DNA from: Rhizomicrobium sp.
Lineage (GTDB): Bacteria > Pseudomonadota > Alphaproteobacteria > Micropepsales > Micropepsaceae
DNA length: 48,118 nt
Assembly (NCBI GenBank): GCA_050014535.1
Contig: JBEKDC010000006.1
Coordinates: forward strand, 1 to 48,118
Direction: 5' to 3'
Shown here: in pieces, positions 28,201-38,117 of the stretch
Layout of the letters: every line of letters starts with the position of its first letter
Position numbering within the stretch: position 1 is the first letter of the stretch
Notes under the pieces: generated by a model
What the model saw: only the letters and a program-made list of their open reading frames with translations
Databases searched by the model: none
Told to the model about the DNA's origin: nothing
Made by a program: the position numbers and the translations under genes

Positions 28201-29494
28201 GGGGGGTGCCGATCGTCTCCGCCGACGCGACGGCCGGCAGAAGCACGGTGAAAGTGCTGCCTTCGCCTGCCTTGCTTTCGATCTGAAGCCGCCCGTTGTG
28301 CCGGTTGACGATGTGCTTGACGATGGCGAGCCCCAGGCCCGTGCCGCCCCGCTCCCGGCTCCGCTTCACATCGACGCGATAGAATCGTTCGGTCAGCCGG
28401 GGGATCGCCTCGCGCGGGATTCCCTCCCCGTCGTCCTTGACCGAGACTGCCACTAGGCTCCCCGGGCTCCTTCGACCGGCTGGCGTGGCGGAACTCGGCG
28501 CGAGCGCGAAGCCGACGCAGACATGGCCGCCGACCTTGCCGTATTTGATCGCGTTGTGGATGAGGTTCTGGAAAAGCTGGATCAGTTCGTCGCGCTCGCC
28601 GATTACGGCCGGCAGTCCCGCCGCATCGCCCACGACGATGGTGACGTTGTCGAGCCGCGCCAGAGCCTGAAGGGCCGCGGACGCATCGTGCACGACTTCG
28701 CCGATGTCGACTGCGCCGGATGGGGGGACATGCTCGTTCTGCTCGATGCGCGTGAGCGATAAGAGATCGTCGATCAGCCGGCGCATGCGGCCCGCTTCCA
28801 CGCCCATGATGTCGAGAAATTTCTCGCGCGCGCCTTCGTCGTCGCGGGCATGCCCCTTGAGCGTGTCGATGAAGCCCGTGACGGCCGCCAGCGGCGTGCG
28901 CAATTCGTGGCTCGCATTGGCGACGAAATCGGCGCGCGCCTCTTCCGATTTCTTGGCCGCCGTCACGTCGTGCAGCAAGACCGCGGTCAATCGCGGAGTC
29001 TGTTCGATGCGCGTCACATAGGCCTGGAAATGCCGCTCGACGGGAACGCGGAACGAGAAATCGATCGCGGCAGGTTCGCCGCTCGCGGCCGTCTTGTCGA
29101 TCGCCTGCAGCACCGTCGGGGTGCGCAGCACGGCCGACACGTGCTTGCGCTGCGTGTCGGTGCCGACGACCGCCACCATGGCCTTGTTGGCGAAGATCAC
29201 GCGGCCTGCGGAATCCAGCAGCATGAGCGGATCGGGCAGGCGCTCCAGCACTTCGCGCGCGAGCGGCGGCAGCAATGCGAGCATCTGATCGCTTTGAGCT
29301 GCTGCGACCGTGGCAATATTGCGATCGGCGCGGCTGCTCAGAAGCGAGACCAGAAGCGCTGCAGCCACGGCCGCGCCGGCCGGCAGCCACAGACCGGCAG
29401 ACGGCGAGACGCGCAATGCGACAATCGCCGCCACCGCACCCAACGCGATGCACCACAGACCATTTCGCAGTGTCGTCAAAGTCCGAGAAGCCAT
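28181..29494 (-). CDS. phoR: Phosphate regulon sensor histidine kinase PhoR
   Basis: Two N-terminal TMs and a PAS-like region; DFVANASHELRTPL, NLIHNAIKY, IPRLTERFYRVD and GGTGLGLAIVKHI motifs; upstream of phoU. Confidence 0.93.
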   Translation of the reverse strand: MASRTLTTLRNGLWCIALGAVAAIVALRVSPSAGLWLPAGAAVAAALLVSLLSSRADRNIATVAAAQSDQMLALLPPLAREVLERLPDPLMLLDSAGRVIFANKAMVAVVGTDTQRKHVSAVLRTPTVLQAIDKTAASGEPAAIDFSFRVPVERHFQAYVTRIEQTPRLTAVLLHDVTAAKKSEEARADFVANASHELRTPLAAVTGFIDTLKGHARDDEGAREKFLDIMGVEAGRMRRLIDDLLSLTRIEQNEHVPPSGAVDIGEVVHDASAALQALARLDNVTIVVGDAAGLPAVIGERDELIQLFQNLIHNAIKYGKVGGHVCVGFALAPSSATPAGRRSPGSLVAVSVKDDGEGIPREAIPRLTERFYRVDVKRSRERGGTGLGLAIVKHIVNRHNGRLQIESKAGEGSTFTVLLPAVASAETIGTPLVAEML

Positions 29495-29638
29495 GACGTA
29501 CCCAACCAAGATTCGCGATGCGTCATCTTACGCATGCAACTGCCGGTTTGCCGCCCGTTTGCGCGGGTCATCAAAAATTCATGAGACACGCGCCTGCCCG
29601 TTGACGGCGACGCCAACCCCATACCACACTTTCGAAGC

Positions 29639-31234
29639 ATGGTTGACAGCATCCTGGACCCTCCGAGCCTCGGCGCCCCTGCGCCCAATCTCGATACATC
29701 GAAACGCGACACCACCGGTGCGGTCCCGGTCATGGACCCCGCGGTGGAACGCGACTTTAAAAGCGTCAGAACAAAAGCTTTCTACGGGATGGGCTCGATC
29801 TCCTTCGGCGTGAAAGACAACGGCTTCCAGACGATCCTGTTGCCCTTCTACAATCTCGTTCTGCACGTACCGGCACAACTGGTGGGTCTGGCGATTTTCA
29901 TCGCGCTGGTCGTCGACGCCTTTCTCGACCCCATCGTGGGGCACATGTCGGACAATCTCCGAACGCGTTGGGGACGGCGGCATCCGCTGATGTATTTGTC
30001 CGCCCTGCCCGTCGCCATCAGCTACCTGCTGCTCTGGAACCCGCCCGCCTGGTCGCCGCATGCGCTCTTTTTCTATCTCATCGTCGTTGCGATCGTCGTG
30101 CGCACCTTCATCACCTTTTACGAAATACCCAGCTCGGCGCTCGTTCCGGAGCTGACCGACGACTATGACGAACGCACGTCGTTTGTCGGCTACAGGGTTT
30201 TCTTCGGTTGGTATGGCGGACTGACGATGTCGGCGCTCGCCTTTCTCGTGTTCATGCACGCCGACGCAACGCACACGGTCGGTCAGCTCAACCCCCTAGG
30301 TTACAGCCATTACGGTCTCACGGCGGCCATCGTGATGTTCGTCGCCATCCTGGTTTCGGCGGCCGGAACGCACCGATTCATCCCCTATTTCCGCAAACCC
30401 GCTGCGCGGCCGTTCACGCTGATGCAATATGCCCGCGAGATGTTCGCCACGCTCAACAACAAGGCGTTTCTGATTCTTCTCGCCGCAGCAATCTTCTTCA
30501 ATCTCGCGACCGGCCTCGTCTTCGCGCTCAACTTTTATATCAACACGTTCTTCTGGAAGTTCACCAACTCGCAGATCGGCGTTCTGACGCTGGCCGCCTT
30601 CGTTGCGGTGTTGCTGGCGTTCATCATATCGCCTCCTTTGTCCCGCCGGCTGGGCAAGAAGCTGTCGGCCGGCGTGATGTTCGCGCTCGGCCTGACGATC
30701 AATTCGACGCCCCTGGTACTGGGTCTTTTCGGCATTCTGGCCGCCAAAGCCTCGGTGGGCCTGATGGCGCTGCTGTTCGCAACCACGACCGTCGGCAGCG
30801 CGCTCGCCATCGGCAGCTCGATCATGATCATTTCCATGATCGCCGACATCGTGGAAGACAGCGAGATCGCCACGGGCCGGCGCTCGGAGGGATTATTCTT
30901 CGCAGGCAGCAGCTTCATTCAGAAAGCATCGTCGGGATTGGGACTGTTCGCGTCGGGGCTGGTGATTTGGGTTACGCATTTCCCCATGGACAAATTGCCG
31001 GGCCAAATCGATCCCCACATCGTTTTGAACTTCGCTATCGTCTATCTCGCGAGCACGGTGGCGCTGTACGGAATCGGCTTCTGGATCATCAGCTTCTTTC
31101 CGATCAACCGCGCCACGCACAATGAAAACCTCAGGCGGCTTATCGCGGAAGCCGCGTTCGCTACGCCGCCCATGGGTGGCGAGGCCTTGCTGACCGCGAT
31201 CGGCTCGCCGGGAGCCGATTCCAGCGAGTCCTGA
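29639..31234 (+). CDS. MFS transporter, GPH/MelB-like family
   Basis: DAFLDPIVGHMSD.LRTRWGRRHP, LVPELTDDYDERT and ADIVE..E..TGRRSEG motifs; about 12 TMs. Confidence 0.92.
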   Translation: MVDSILDPPSLGAPAPNLDTSKRDTTGAVPVMDPAVERDFKSVRTKAFYGMGSISFGVKDNGFQTILLPFYNLVLHVPAQLVGLAIFIALVVDAFLDPIVGHMSDNLRTRWGRRHPLMYLSALPVAISYLLLWNPPAWSPHALFFYLIVVAIVVRTFITFYEIPSSALVPELTDDYDERTSFVGYRVFFGWYGGLTMSALAFLVFMHADATHTVGQLNPLGYSHYGLTAAIVMFVAILVSAAGTHRFIPYFRKPAARPFTLMQYAREMFATLNNKAFLILLAAAIFFNLATGLVFALNFYINTFFWKFTNSQIGVLTLAAFVAVLLAFIISPPLSRRLGKKLSAGVMFALGLTINSTPLVLGLFGILAAKASVGLMALLFATTTVGSALAIGSSIMIISMIADIVEDSEIATGRRSEGLFFAGSSFIQKASSGLGLFASGLVIWVTHFPMDKLPGQIDPHIVLNFAIVYLASTVALYGIGFWIISFFPINRATHNENLRRLIAEAAFATPPMGGEALLTAIGSPGADSSES

Positions 31235-31323
31235 CAGGAACATCGAGCAGCCCGCTCGACCGACCGCTACACCAAGAAAAGAGTGATAATCTTTCGCCTC
31301 TTCCATTTCAGCGAATAGGGAAG

Positions 31324-33069
31324 TTATTTTTTCTCCGCGAAAATTTTCTTCAGATCGTTCTTCATGATCTTGCCGTTGGCGTTGCGCGGCAATGTCTCGG
31401 GCCAGAACACGACCTTAACCGGAACCTTGAACGCCGCGAGCTTGCCGGCAACGAAGGCGCGCAGTTCTTCTTCGGTGGCGTGCAGTCCGGGCTTCAGATG
31501 CACGACTGCGCCGGGCTCTTCGCCCAGGGAGTGATGCGGCACGGGCACAAGTGCGGCGTCCATCACCGCGGGATGCTCATAGAGAACGTTCTCCACTTCG
31601 ATGCAGTAGATGTTCTCGCCGCCGCGGATCAGCATGTCCTTGGCGCGGTCGATGATGAAGCAGAAGCCTTCTTCGTCGAGCCGCGCGAGATCGCCCGTGC
31701 GCACCCAGCCGTCGACGAAGGTCTGCGCACTCGCTTCGGGCTTGTTCCAATAGCACTTCACGATGTTGGGACCGCGTGCCCACAACTCGCCCACTTCGCC
31801 GATGGCGAGATCTTCGGTGCCTTCCGGATTCATGATTTTGAGATCGCACACCGGCACGGCGGGGCCGCAGGAACTGGGGCGGTATTCGTAATCCTCCGCG
31901 CTGTGCGTGGTGCAGGTGGCCGACGTTTCCGTCATGCCCCAACCATTGCCGGGCAGCGATTTCGGAAACGTCTCCACCACTTTGCGCACCAGCTCCGGCG
32001 CGGACGGCGCGCCGCCGTAAGAGACGCTCTCCAGCGAAGACAAATCGTATTTCGCGCGCGCCGGATGCTCGATCAGCTGCCACGCGATAGTGGGCACGCC
32101 TCCCGCCTGATTGATCTTTTCGCGCTCGATCAGCTGCAGCGCCTGCTCCACGTCCCATTTGCGCATCAGCACGATCTTGGCGCCGGCGACGAGCGTGGGA
32201 TTCAACACCGCAAAGCAGCCCGTCGCGTGGAAGAACGGCACGGAGAGAAGCGCTGCGCGCTGCGGCGCCGTCAGCGGATCGACCACAGGCACTTCTTCGC
32301 CGCGGCGCAGGAAATTTCGCGCCGCGGAACAGCCGGCCGCGAAGATGTTCGAATTCATGTTGCGATGCGTGCCGAGCGCGCCTTTGGGCTTTCCCGTCGT
32401 ACCGGAGGTGTAGAGAATCGTCGCGTCGTCGTCGGTGTCGATCACGACATCGGGCATGGCGCGGTCCGGCAGCTTGCCCCAATCGTTGACCGCGCCGATC
32501 GCATCTTCCAGCCGCGCAACGATGGGATGCGGCAGCTCGTCGGAATAGCGGCTCACATAAACGCGCTCGAGAGCGGGACAATTGACGAGATGCTCCGCGA
32601 TGCGCTCCAGCCGCTCGGCATCCACGATTGCGATCCTGGCGCCCGAATCGACCAGGCCGTATTCGAGTTCTGGCCCCGTCCACCAAGCGTTCAGAGGCGT
32701 GACGATCGCACCCAGAATGGCGGCGCCGTAAAACGCAACCGGCCATTCGGGAATGTTGCGCATGATGATGGCGACCCGATCGCCTTTTTTCACGCCATGC
32801 GCCTGCAGCTCGTAAGCCATCGCGACGCTGGCGCGGAAGAACGCTTCGAACGTCGCGCGATCGTTTTCGTAAACGAGGAAGGTTCGGTCCTTGTACATGC
32901 GCGAGAATTGCAGCACGTCGCGCAAGGTGGCCGGGGCATTTTTCCAGACACGGGTCGGCACGCCGCGGATGGTGACTTCCGCCATCTCGAAGCGCTGGCC
33001 GGGCGCGGTGAGCCTTCGATGGGCCTCGGCCAGGGACATGACGGGCCATTTGCCTGCAAGGGTGTTCAT
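31324..33069 (-). CDS. Long-chain acyl-CoA synthetase (class I adenylate-forming enzyme)
   Basis: YTSGTTGKPKG, GWGMTET, RTGD, DRAKDMLIRGGENIY and LPRNANGKI motifs. Confidence 0.93.
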   Translation of the reverse strand: MNTLAGKWPVMSLAEAHRRLTAPGQRFEMAEVTIRGVPTRVWKNAPATLRDVLQFSRMYKDRTFLVYENDRATFEAFFRASVAMAYELQAHGVKKGDRVAIIMRNIPEWPVAFYGAAILGAIVTPLNAWWTGPELEYGLVDSGARIAIVDAERLERIAEHLVNCPALERVYVSRYSDELPHPIVARLEDAIGAVNDWGKLPDRAMPDVVIDTDDDATILYTSGTTGKPKGALGTHRNMNSNIFAAGCSAARNFLRRGEEVPVVDPLTAPQRAALLSVPFFHATGCFAVLNPTLVAGAKIVLMRKWDVEQALQLIEREKINQAGGVPTIAWQLIEHPARAKYDLSSLESVSYGGAPSAPELVRKVVETFPKSLPGNGWGMTETSATCTTHSAEDYEYRPSSCGPAVPVCDLKIMNPEGTEDLAIGEVGELWARGPNIVKCYWNKPEASAQTFVDGWVRTGDLARLDEEGFCFIIDRAKDMLIRGGENIYCIEVENVLYEHPAVMDAALVPVPHHSLGEEPGAVVHLKPGLHATEEELRAFVAGKLAAFKVPVKVVFWPETLPRNANGKIMKNDLKKIFAEKK

Positions 33070-33194
33070 CTTTGTTCCAGTGGTTGTGGGAATGGCGTTT
33101 TCGCGCCCAATCGTTCATCTGGACCGGAAGAAATCAAGTGGCGCGTTCGCCCCGCGATGCCGCTATTATCGGGGGCTGGGTTCCGGGCGAAGGC

Positions 33195-35407
33195 ATGCTG
33201 CTTAAACTTCCGAGATGGGCCGTCGAAACGGGCAACCGCGTCCGCGGCTTCCTGACGCCGTCGGACGCAGCATGGGCTGCCGCAACCTGGGCAGTGTTCG
33301 GCGCCTGGGGGATCATGGTCCTGTGGTTTGCGGTCGTCGAGGTTTTGCCGCATTTCAGCTTCGAGAAGGTGCTGGGCCTATTCGGACTATTCGGCGTGCT
33401 GGGCGGCGCGAGCGTGGTGCTGCTCGCCCTCGTCTGGCTCGGTTCGCGGCTGAAGCCCTCCTTTCGCTTCGCGCTCCTCCTGATTCTGCCGCCATTGGCT
33501 TTGTTCAGCGCGGCCACCTGGTCGTGGGGGGCAGCCATCGGCGTCGTCGTCTTCGTGCTGGGTATCAGCCTGTTCTTCGGCGCAGGCGCGATGCTGCTGA
33601 GAAACCGCGCATCCTGGCGCGGCGTCACGCCGTTTTATTTTCTGATCGGTTTCTTGGCCATCGCCGCCACGATTTACGAATTCGCGAAACCGGGGCCGGA
33701 TCTCAATCCCGGTTTGGCCGATTATCACCTCACGGGCCGCACGCTTCCTTTGCCGGATCCCGGCAAACCGGGTCCCTTTCAGTTGACGACATTCACCTAT
33801 GGCAGCGGCAAGGATCTGCACCGGCCGGAATATGCAGGCGGCGTTCGCTTCGTCACAAAACCGGTGAACGGGGCCAAGCTCGACCGGCTCTGGAGCGGTG
33901 CCGGCGGCTGGCTGCGCACGCATTATTGCCGTCCGGCGCAGGCCCTTTCCCGCTCGTGCTCATCGTGCACGGCAATCACCCGATGGAGGATTTCTCCGAT
34001 CCCGGTTACGCCTATCTGGGCGAACTGCTGGCGAGCCAGGGTTTCATCGTCGTCTCGGTCGACGAGAATTTCCTCAATCTCTCGCTGGCGGATTATGCCG
34101 ATCCGCTGGCGCTGCGCATGGGCGACGAGAATAAAGCGCGCGGCTGGCTCCTGCTCGCGCATCTCGTGCAATGGCGCGCGTGGAACGCCGACATTGCCAA
34201 TCCGCTGCACGGCAAAATCGACATGGACCGCATCGCGCTCATCGGCCATTCGCGCGGCGGCGAAGCGGTCGCGATCGCCAATGCGTTCAACGATCTGGGC
34301 AGTTTCCCGGACGACGCGACGATTCCGCTGGGCTTTCATTTCCACCTGCGCGCGATCGCGGCCATCGCGCCAGTCGACGGGCAATACGATCCCGACGGAC
34401 GGCCCACGCCCATGCGCGACCGGAATTATTTCGTGATCCAGGGCAACATGGACGGCGACCTCACCTCCTTTATGGGCTCTTCGCAATATTCGCGCGCGAC
34501 GTTTTCGCCGGGCAGCGATGCGTTCAAGGCGAGCCTTTACGTCAAAGGCGCGAACCACGGCCAGTTCAACACCGCCTGGGGACGAAACGATTTTCCGCTG
34601 CCGTTCAAATTCCTGCTCGACGAGCGCCAGATTCTGCCGCCCGACGCGCAGCGCCGGATCGCGAAGGTTTATCTCTCCGCCTTCCTGCAGGCGACCCTGC
34701 AGGGCAAGGACGGTTATCGACCGCTGTTCGAGGACGCGCGCAACGGCGCCGCCTGGCTGCCGGACGATTACCTCGTGAGCAATTATGCCGACGGACGCAC
34801 ACAATGGCTGGCGACCTATGAGGAGGACATCGATCCTTCGACCGGATCGGCGCCGGGAGTGACCATCGACGTCGCGAACCTGACCGCCTGGCGCGAAAGC
34901 TATGTCAGCATAAAATACACGCCTCTCGATTCCCATGTGGCGCTGCTCGCCTGGGACAGCCGCGTGCACAAAACGGGCGCAAGTTACCGCATCGAACTGC
35001 GCGATCCGCCGAAGACCGGGCCCGACACCGCGCTCGTGTTCAGCGCCTCGCAGGCCGAGATCGTCACTTTGCCGGAGGCGGTGGGAGTGAAAGGCGCCCG
35101 CAAGAACCCGGACAAACACGCAGTCAACTGGTCGATCGTCCTGACCGACGCCAGCGGACAGTCCGCGCGCCTGCCGCTATCGCACGACCAGGTGCTTTAT
35201 CCGCAGGTGAAGGGCGAGACGAGACGGCTCGGCATCATCGACACCGCACCGCAATCCGAGATCGTCATGCGGCGCTTCCGTTTTCCGCTGGCCGATTTCC
35301 AAAATGTCAACCCGAAACTCGACCTCACCCGCCTCGCCCAAATCCGCTTCGACTTCGACCGCTCGAAGCGAGGCGCGATTGCGCTGGACGATGTGGGGTT
35401 GAGGTAG
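33195..35407 (+). pseudogene. Membrane-anchored alpha/beta hydrolase split by a frameshift near 33927
   Basis: The TM domain through ...WLRTHY lies in the frame of ORF 33072. The catalytic part (PSGAGPFPLVLIVHGNH, GHSRGG, ANHGQFNT) lies in the frame of ORF 33215. Confidence 0.8.
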
Positions 35408-35532
35408 AGGGGAGGCGAAAACGGAGCGCAGGCATTCCGCCTACCTGCTTGCAACTCAGCGCAGCACTCAATTCGGCAGATTTAATTATGGTGTTGCTGC
35501 TATCAAGTTGAACGTCCCCGCGCTGCGCACGA

Positions 35533-36372
35533 TCACGCCGCGCGCAGGATCGTGCCGACGTGCTCGCCGGCCAGAGCGGCAGCGATGGTTTCCGGACGGC
35601 GGCCATTGATGATCTGCACTTGGCGCACCAGACGTGCGTTGTCGAGCAGCGTCAGCAGGATCGGTTCGAATGGCAGGCTCGGCAGCTGGCGTTCTCGCAG
35701 TTCGGCCGTGGTGATCTCCGGGATCAGGCGAGCGGTGGGATCGCGATTGGGGTCGGCCTCGTAAAGCCCGTCCACATCCTTGATCAGGGTCACGGCCTTG
35801 GAGCCGAAACATTCGGCAAGCAGAAAGCAACCGGCGTCGCTGCCGTGGGTGGGAATGCGCCCGACCGTCGAGGGATGCTCCCACAAAGAATAGGGCGGAA
35901 CCCCGGTGAAGATCACTCCCGGCACGCTGCGGATGAACAGCGGCAGCAGATGGCCGAACATCGCCGGCGGAATCGCGACCACGCCGTAGGGAGCCATCAG
36001 TGTGCCGAGCATGTGGGCATTGCCGAGCGCGTCGGCGGCGGCGAGTTCGGCCAGCACGCCCACCGGCATGCCGAGATCGATGCCGATCGAATAAAGATGG
36101 CGGGTGCGCGCGCCACCGCCGGTGCCGATGATCAGACGGTGATCGTGCAGCGCTGCCGCCAAGGCATCGACCACCGGACGCGCCACCGACCAACCCCGGT
36201 CCACCACCGAGCGGCCGCCGACCTTGATCACCTGGGTGTCGGGCAACATGCGGACGATCTCGCGATCGGTCTCTGTCGAGCGCTGGACGGAGCGGTCGAG
36301 CAGACTCTCGCGCATCAGCATCGAGTCGAGATGGTGGCGCTGGTCGAACGGATTGGGCGGAATGGTTTTCAT
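35533..36372 (-). CDS. mosA: Molybdenum storage protein alpha-like subunit (amino-acid-kinase fold)
   Basis: HLDSMLMRESLLDR, VIKVGGRSVVDRG, TGGGARTRH, PPY, DAGCFLLAE and ALAGEHVGT motifs; paired with the beta-like gene. Confidence 0.8.
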   Translation of the reverse strand: MKTIPPNPFDQRHHLDSMLMRESLLDRSVQRSTETDREIVRMLPDTQVIKVGGRSVVDRGWSVARPVVDALAAALHDHRLIIGTGGGARTRHLYSIGIDLGMPVGVLAELAAADALGNAHMLGTLMAPYGVVAIPPAMFGHLLPLFIRSVPGVIFTGVPPYSLWEHPSTVGRIPTHGSDAGCFLLAECFGSKAVTLIKDVDGLYEADPNRDPTARLIPEITTAELRERQLPSLPFEPILLTLLDNARLVRQVQIINGRRPETIAAALAGEHVGTILRAA

Positions 36373-36408
36373 GGCACCGTGCTTTCGAGGATGTCGGCAA
36401 GCGGATGT

Positions 36409-37224
36409 TCAGTCAGCATAGATTGTCGAACCCACAGGCTCGCCGTTGAGGGCGCGGGTGAGGTTGCCCTTCTTCAGTCCGTTGATGATCTGGATCGACC
36501 GCCGGCCGCTGGCGTTCTCCATCATGTCTAGCACCGGATGTTCGACCGCGAGGTCCGGCAGGTTCATCGCCTTCAGTTCGCGGACGGAGATGCGTTCGAT
36601 GAAGCGGGCAGTGGGCTCCTTCTTGGGGTCGGCAGTGTAAAGCCCCTCCTCGTCCTTCACGTAAATCATGCGCTTGCAGCCGAACACTTCGCTGACGAGA
36701 TAGGCGCCGGCGTCGGTGCGGTGGGGCGGGATGCGGCCGAACGCCGGATTCTCCTGCCAGAAGGTGTAAGGCGGCATGCCGAAGAAGATGACCGCGCCTC
36801 GCGTCGCAAGATAGTGCGGCAGCTGGCCGAATTGCGCCGGCTCGATAAAGGGAATGCCGTGCTTGGCCAACAGGTAGTTGATCAGGCGAGCATTCTGCAT
36901 GCTGACGAATGTGCCGAGCACGCTCATCACCCCCGTCGGCAGGCCAAGGTCGACGGCGACGCTGTAGGCGTGGCGGGCACGGCTGCCGCCACCGGTGCCG
37001 ATGATCATTTCGTGGCGGCCGAGATTCTCGACGATTTCATCGATCAACGGGAATACCGCCACGCGACCGCGGTCGATGAAGCTTTGCCCGCCGATCTTGA
37101 TGACGGAGGCGTTGGGAAGAATGCGGATGGACGGTTCGCGGGCCGTGGCCTTGAGGATCTCGGGGTCCGAAAGCGAGCCTTCGATCAGCGAGCGGCCGAG
37201 CTGACTGAGATTGGCGAAACTCAT
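36409..37224 (-). CDS. mosB: Molybdenum storage protein beta-like subunit
   Basis: SLSDP...RILPNASVIKIGGQSFIDRGR.AVFPLIDEI, GMPPY, IPPHRTDAG, KDEEGLYTADPK and NLTRALNGE.VGS closely follow MoSto beta; AGGAGG RBS. Confidence 0.85.
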   Translation of the reverse strand: MSFANLSQLGRSLIEGSLSDPEILKATAREPSIRILPNASVIKIGGQSFIDRGRVAVFPLIDEIVENLGRHEMIIGTGGGSRARHAYSVAVDLGLPTGVMSVLGTFVSMQNARLINYLLAKHGIPFIEPAQFGQLPHYLATRGAVIFFGMPPYTFWQENPAFGRIPPHRTDAGAYLVSEVFGCKRMIYVKDEEGLYTADPKKEPTARFIERISVRELKAMNLPDLAVEHPVLDMMENASGRRSIQIINGLKKGNLTRALNGEPVGSTIYAD

Positions 37225-38117
37225 GACTTGTCGAGACCTCCTTTTCGAGGGTGAATGTCGGAAGCCGATATCGTTTGGGCCGGTGCGAGGCGGGCGCCGA
37301 TGCACACCAGGCGTTCCTCCCAGGACTGCTGCGCGTGGGCGTCGAAGGTGATCGCTGCCCAGGCGCTGAGATCGGTGAGAATGGCGCGCTTGGCGGAGTC
37401 GGGCACACTCAATCCGGCCAGGCCCTGTTTGCCCGCCCAATCGTCGATCAGCTGCGTGGGCGATTTGGCCACCGACCAGGCCGTCAGCACGCGCGCGGGC
37501 AGCGCGGCGGCGCCGCGCCGGCACAGTTGGTCGATGAGAGCGGCGGCAGCGTGGTCAGCCTGACGCGGTTCGAATCCGTGCTCGCGCACAAGCCGGTGCA
37601 TTTGCCGCCGGACCTTGGCTTGCAGGCTGGCGTCGTCGCGTTCCACGCGGCCGACCAGCAGGACACCGCCGGGACAGAGGACCCGCAGTATCTGATCGCG
37701 GGCGTGGTGCACCGCCAAATGATGAATCGATCGCGTGCCGACAACGACCCGCGCCGCGCGGTCGGCGACCGGCCAGTCCCGATTGCCGTCGGCCTGGATC
37801 AGAAGCGACGGCTCGGCCCCGACCGGCAGCCGGTCGCGAAAACGCGCCAGCATCTCGCCGGAGAGATCGATGCCGAGATAGCGGATGCCGGCGGAGATGA
37901 GCGCCGTGCCGAGCTGCCCCGTGCCGGCGCCGATCTCCACGACCAAGCCGCCTGCGGCTTCTTCAACGATGGCCGCGCTGAAAGCCGCCACTGCATTGTC
38001 CGGCAGCCCAACCCGCTCGTCGAATCGCGATGCTTGGTCGTCGTAGGAAATCGCTTCGGCGATTCCAAGTCCGGATAGGGACCCGTCGACCCGGGAAACC
38101 GGTCGGCTCGCGTTCAT
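37221..38117 (-). CDS. Class I SAM-dependent methyltransferase
   Basis: VVEIGAGTGQLG motif I, GIDLSGEML and RVLCPGG; stop overlaps the mosB start (ATGA). Confidence 0.88.
   Translation of the reverse strand: MNASRPVSRVDGSLSGLGIAEAISYDDQASRFDERVGLPDNAVAAFSAAIVEEAAGGLVVEIGAGTGQLGTALISAGIRYLGIDLSGEMLARFRDRLPVGAEPSLLIQADGNRDWPVADRAARVVVGTRSIHHLAVHHARDQILRVLCPGGVLLVGRVERDDASLQAKVRRQMHRLVREHGFEPRQADHAAAALIDQLCRRGAAALPARVLTAWSVAKSPTQLIDDWAGKQGLAGLSVPDSAKRAILTDLSAWAAITFDAHAQQSWEERLVCIGARLAPAQTISASDIHPRKGGLDKS

Noticed and set aside
31480-33255. Long 591-aa (+) and 513-aa (-) alternative ORFs
   Set aside because: Shadow frames of the acyl-CoA synthetase, typical of high-GC DNA.
33921-33930. Programmed frameshift or phase variation in the hydrolase
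   Set aside because: No slippery heptamer or homopolymer, and conserved residues appear to be missing, which fits a deletion.
35533-37224. Calling the two amino-acid-kinase-fold genes uridylate kinase (pyrH)
   Set aside because: Tandem paralogs with KxGG.S..DRG and PPY...IP motifs fit MoSto; PyrH KLSGE motif and tsf/frr context are absent.
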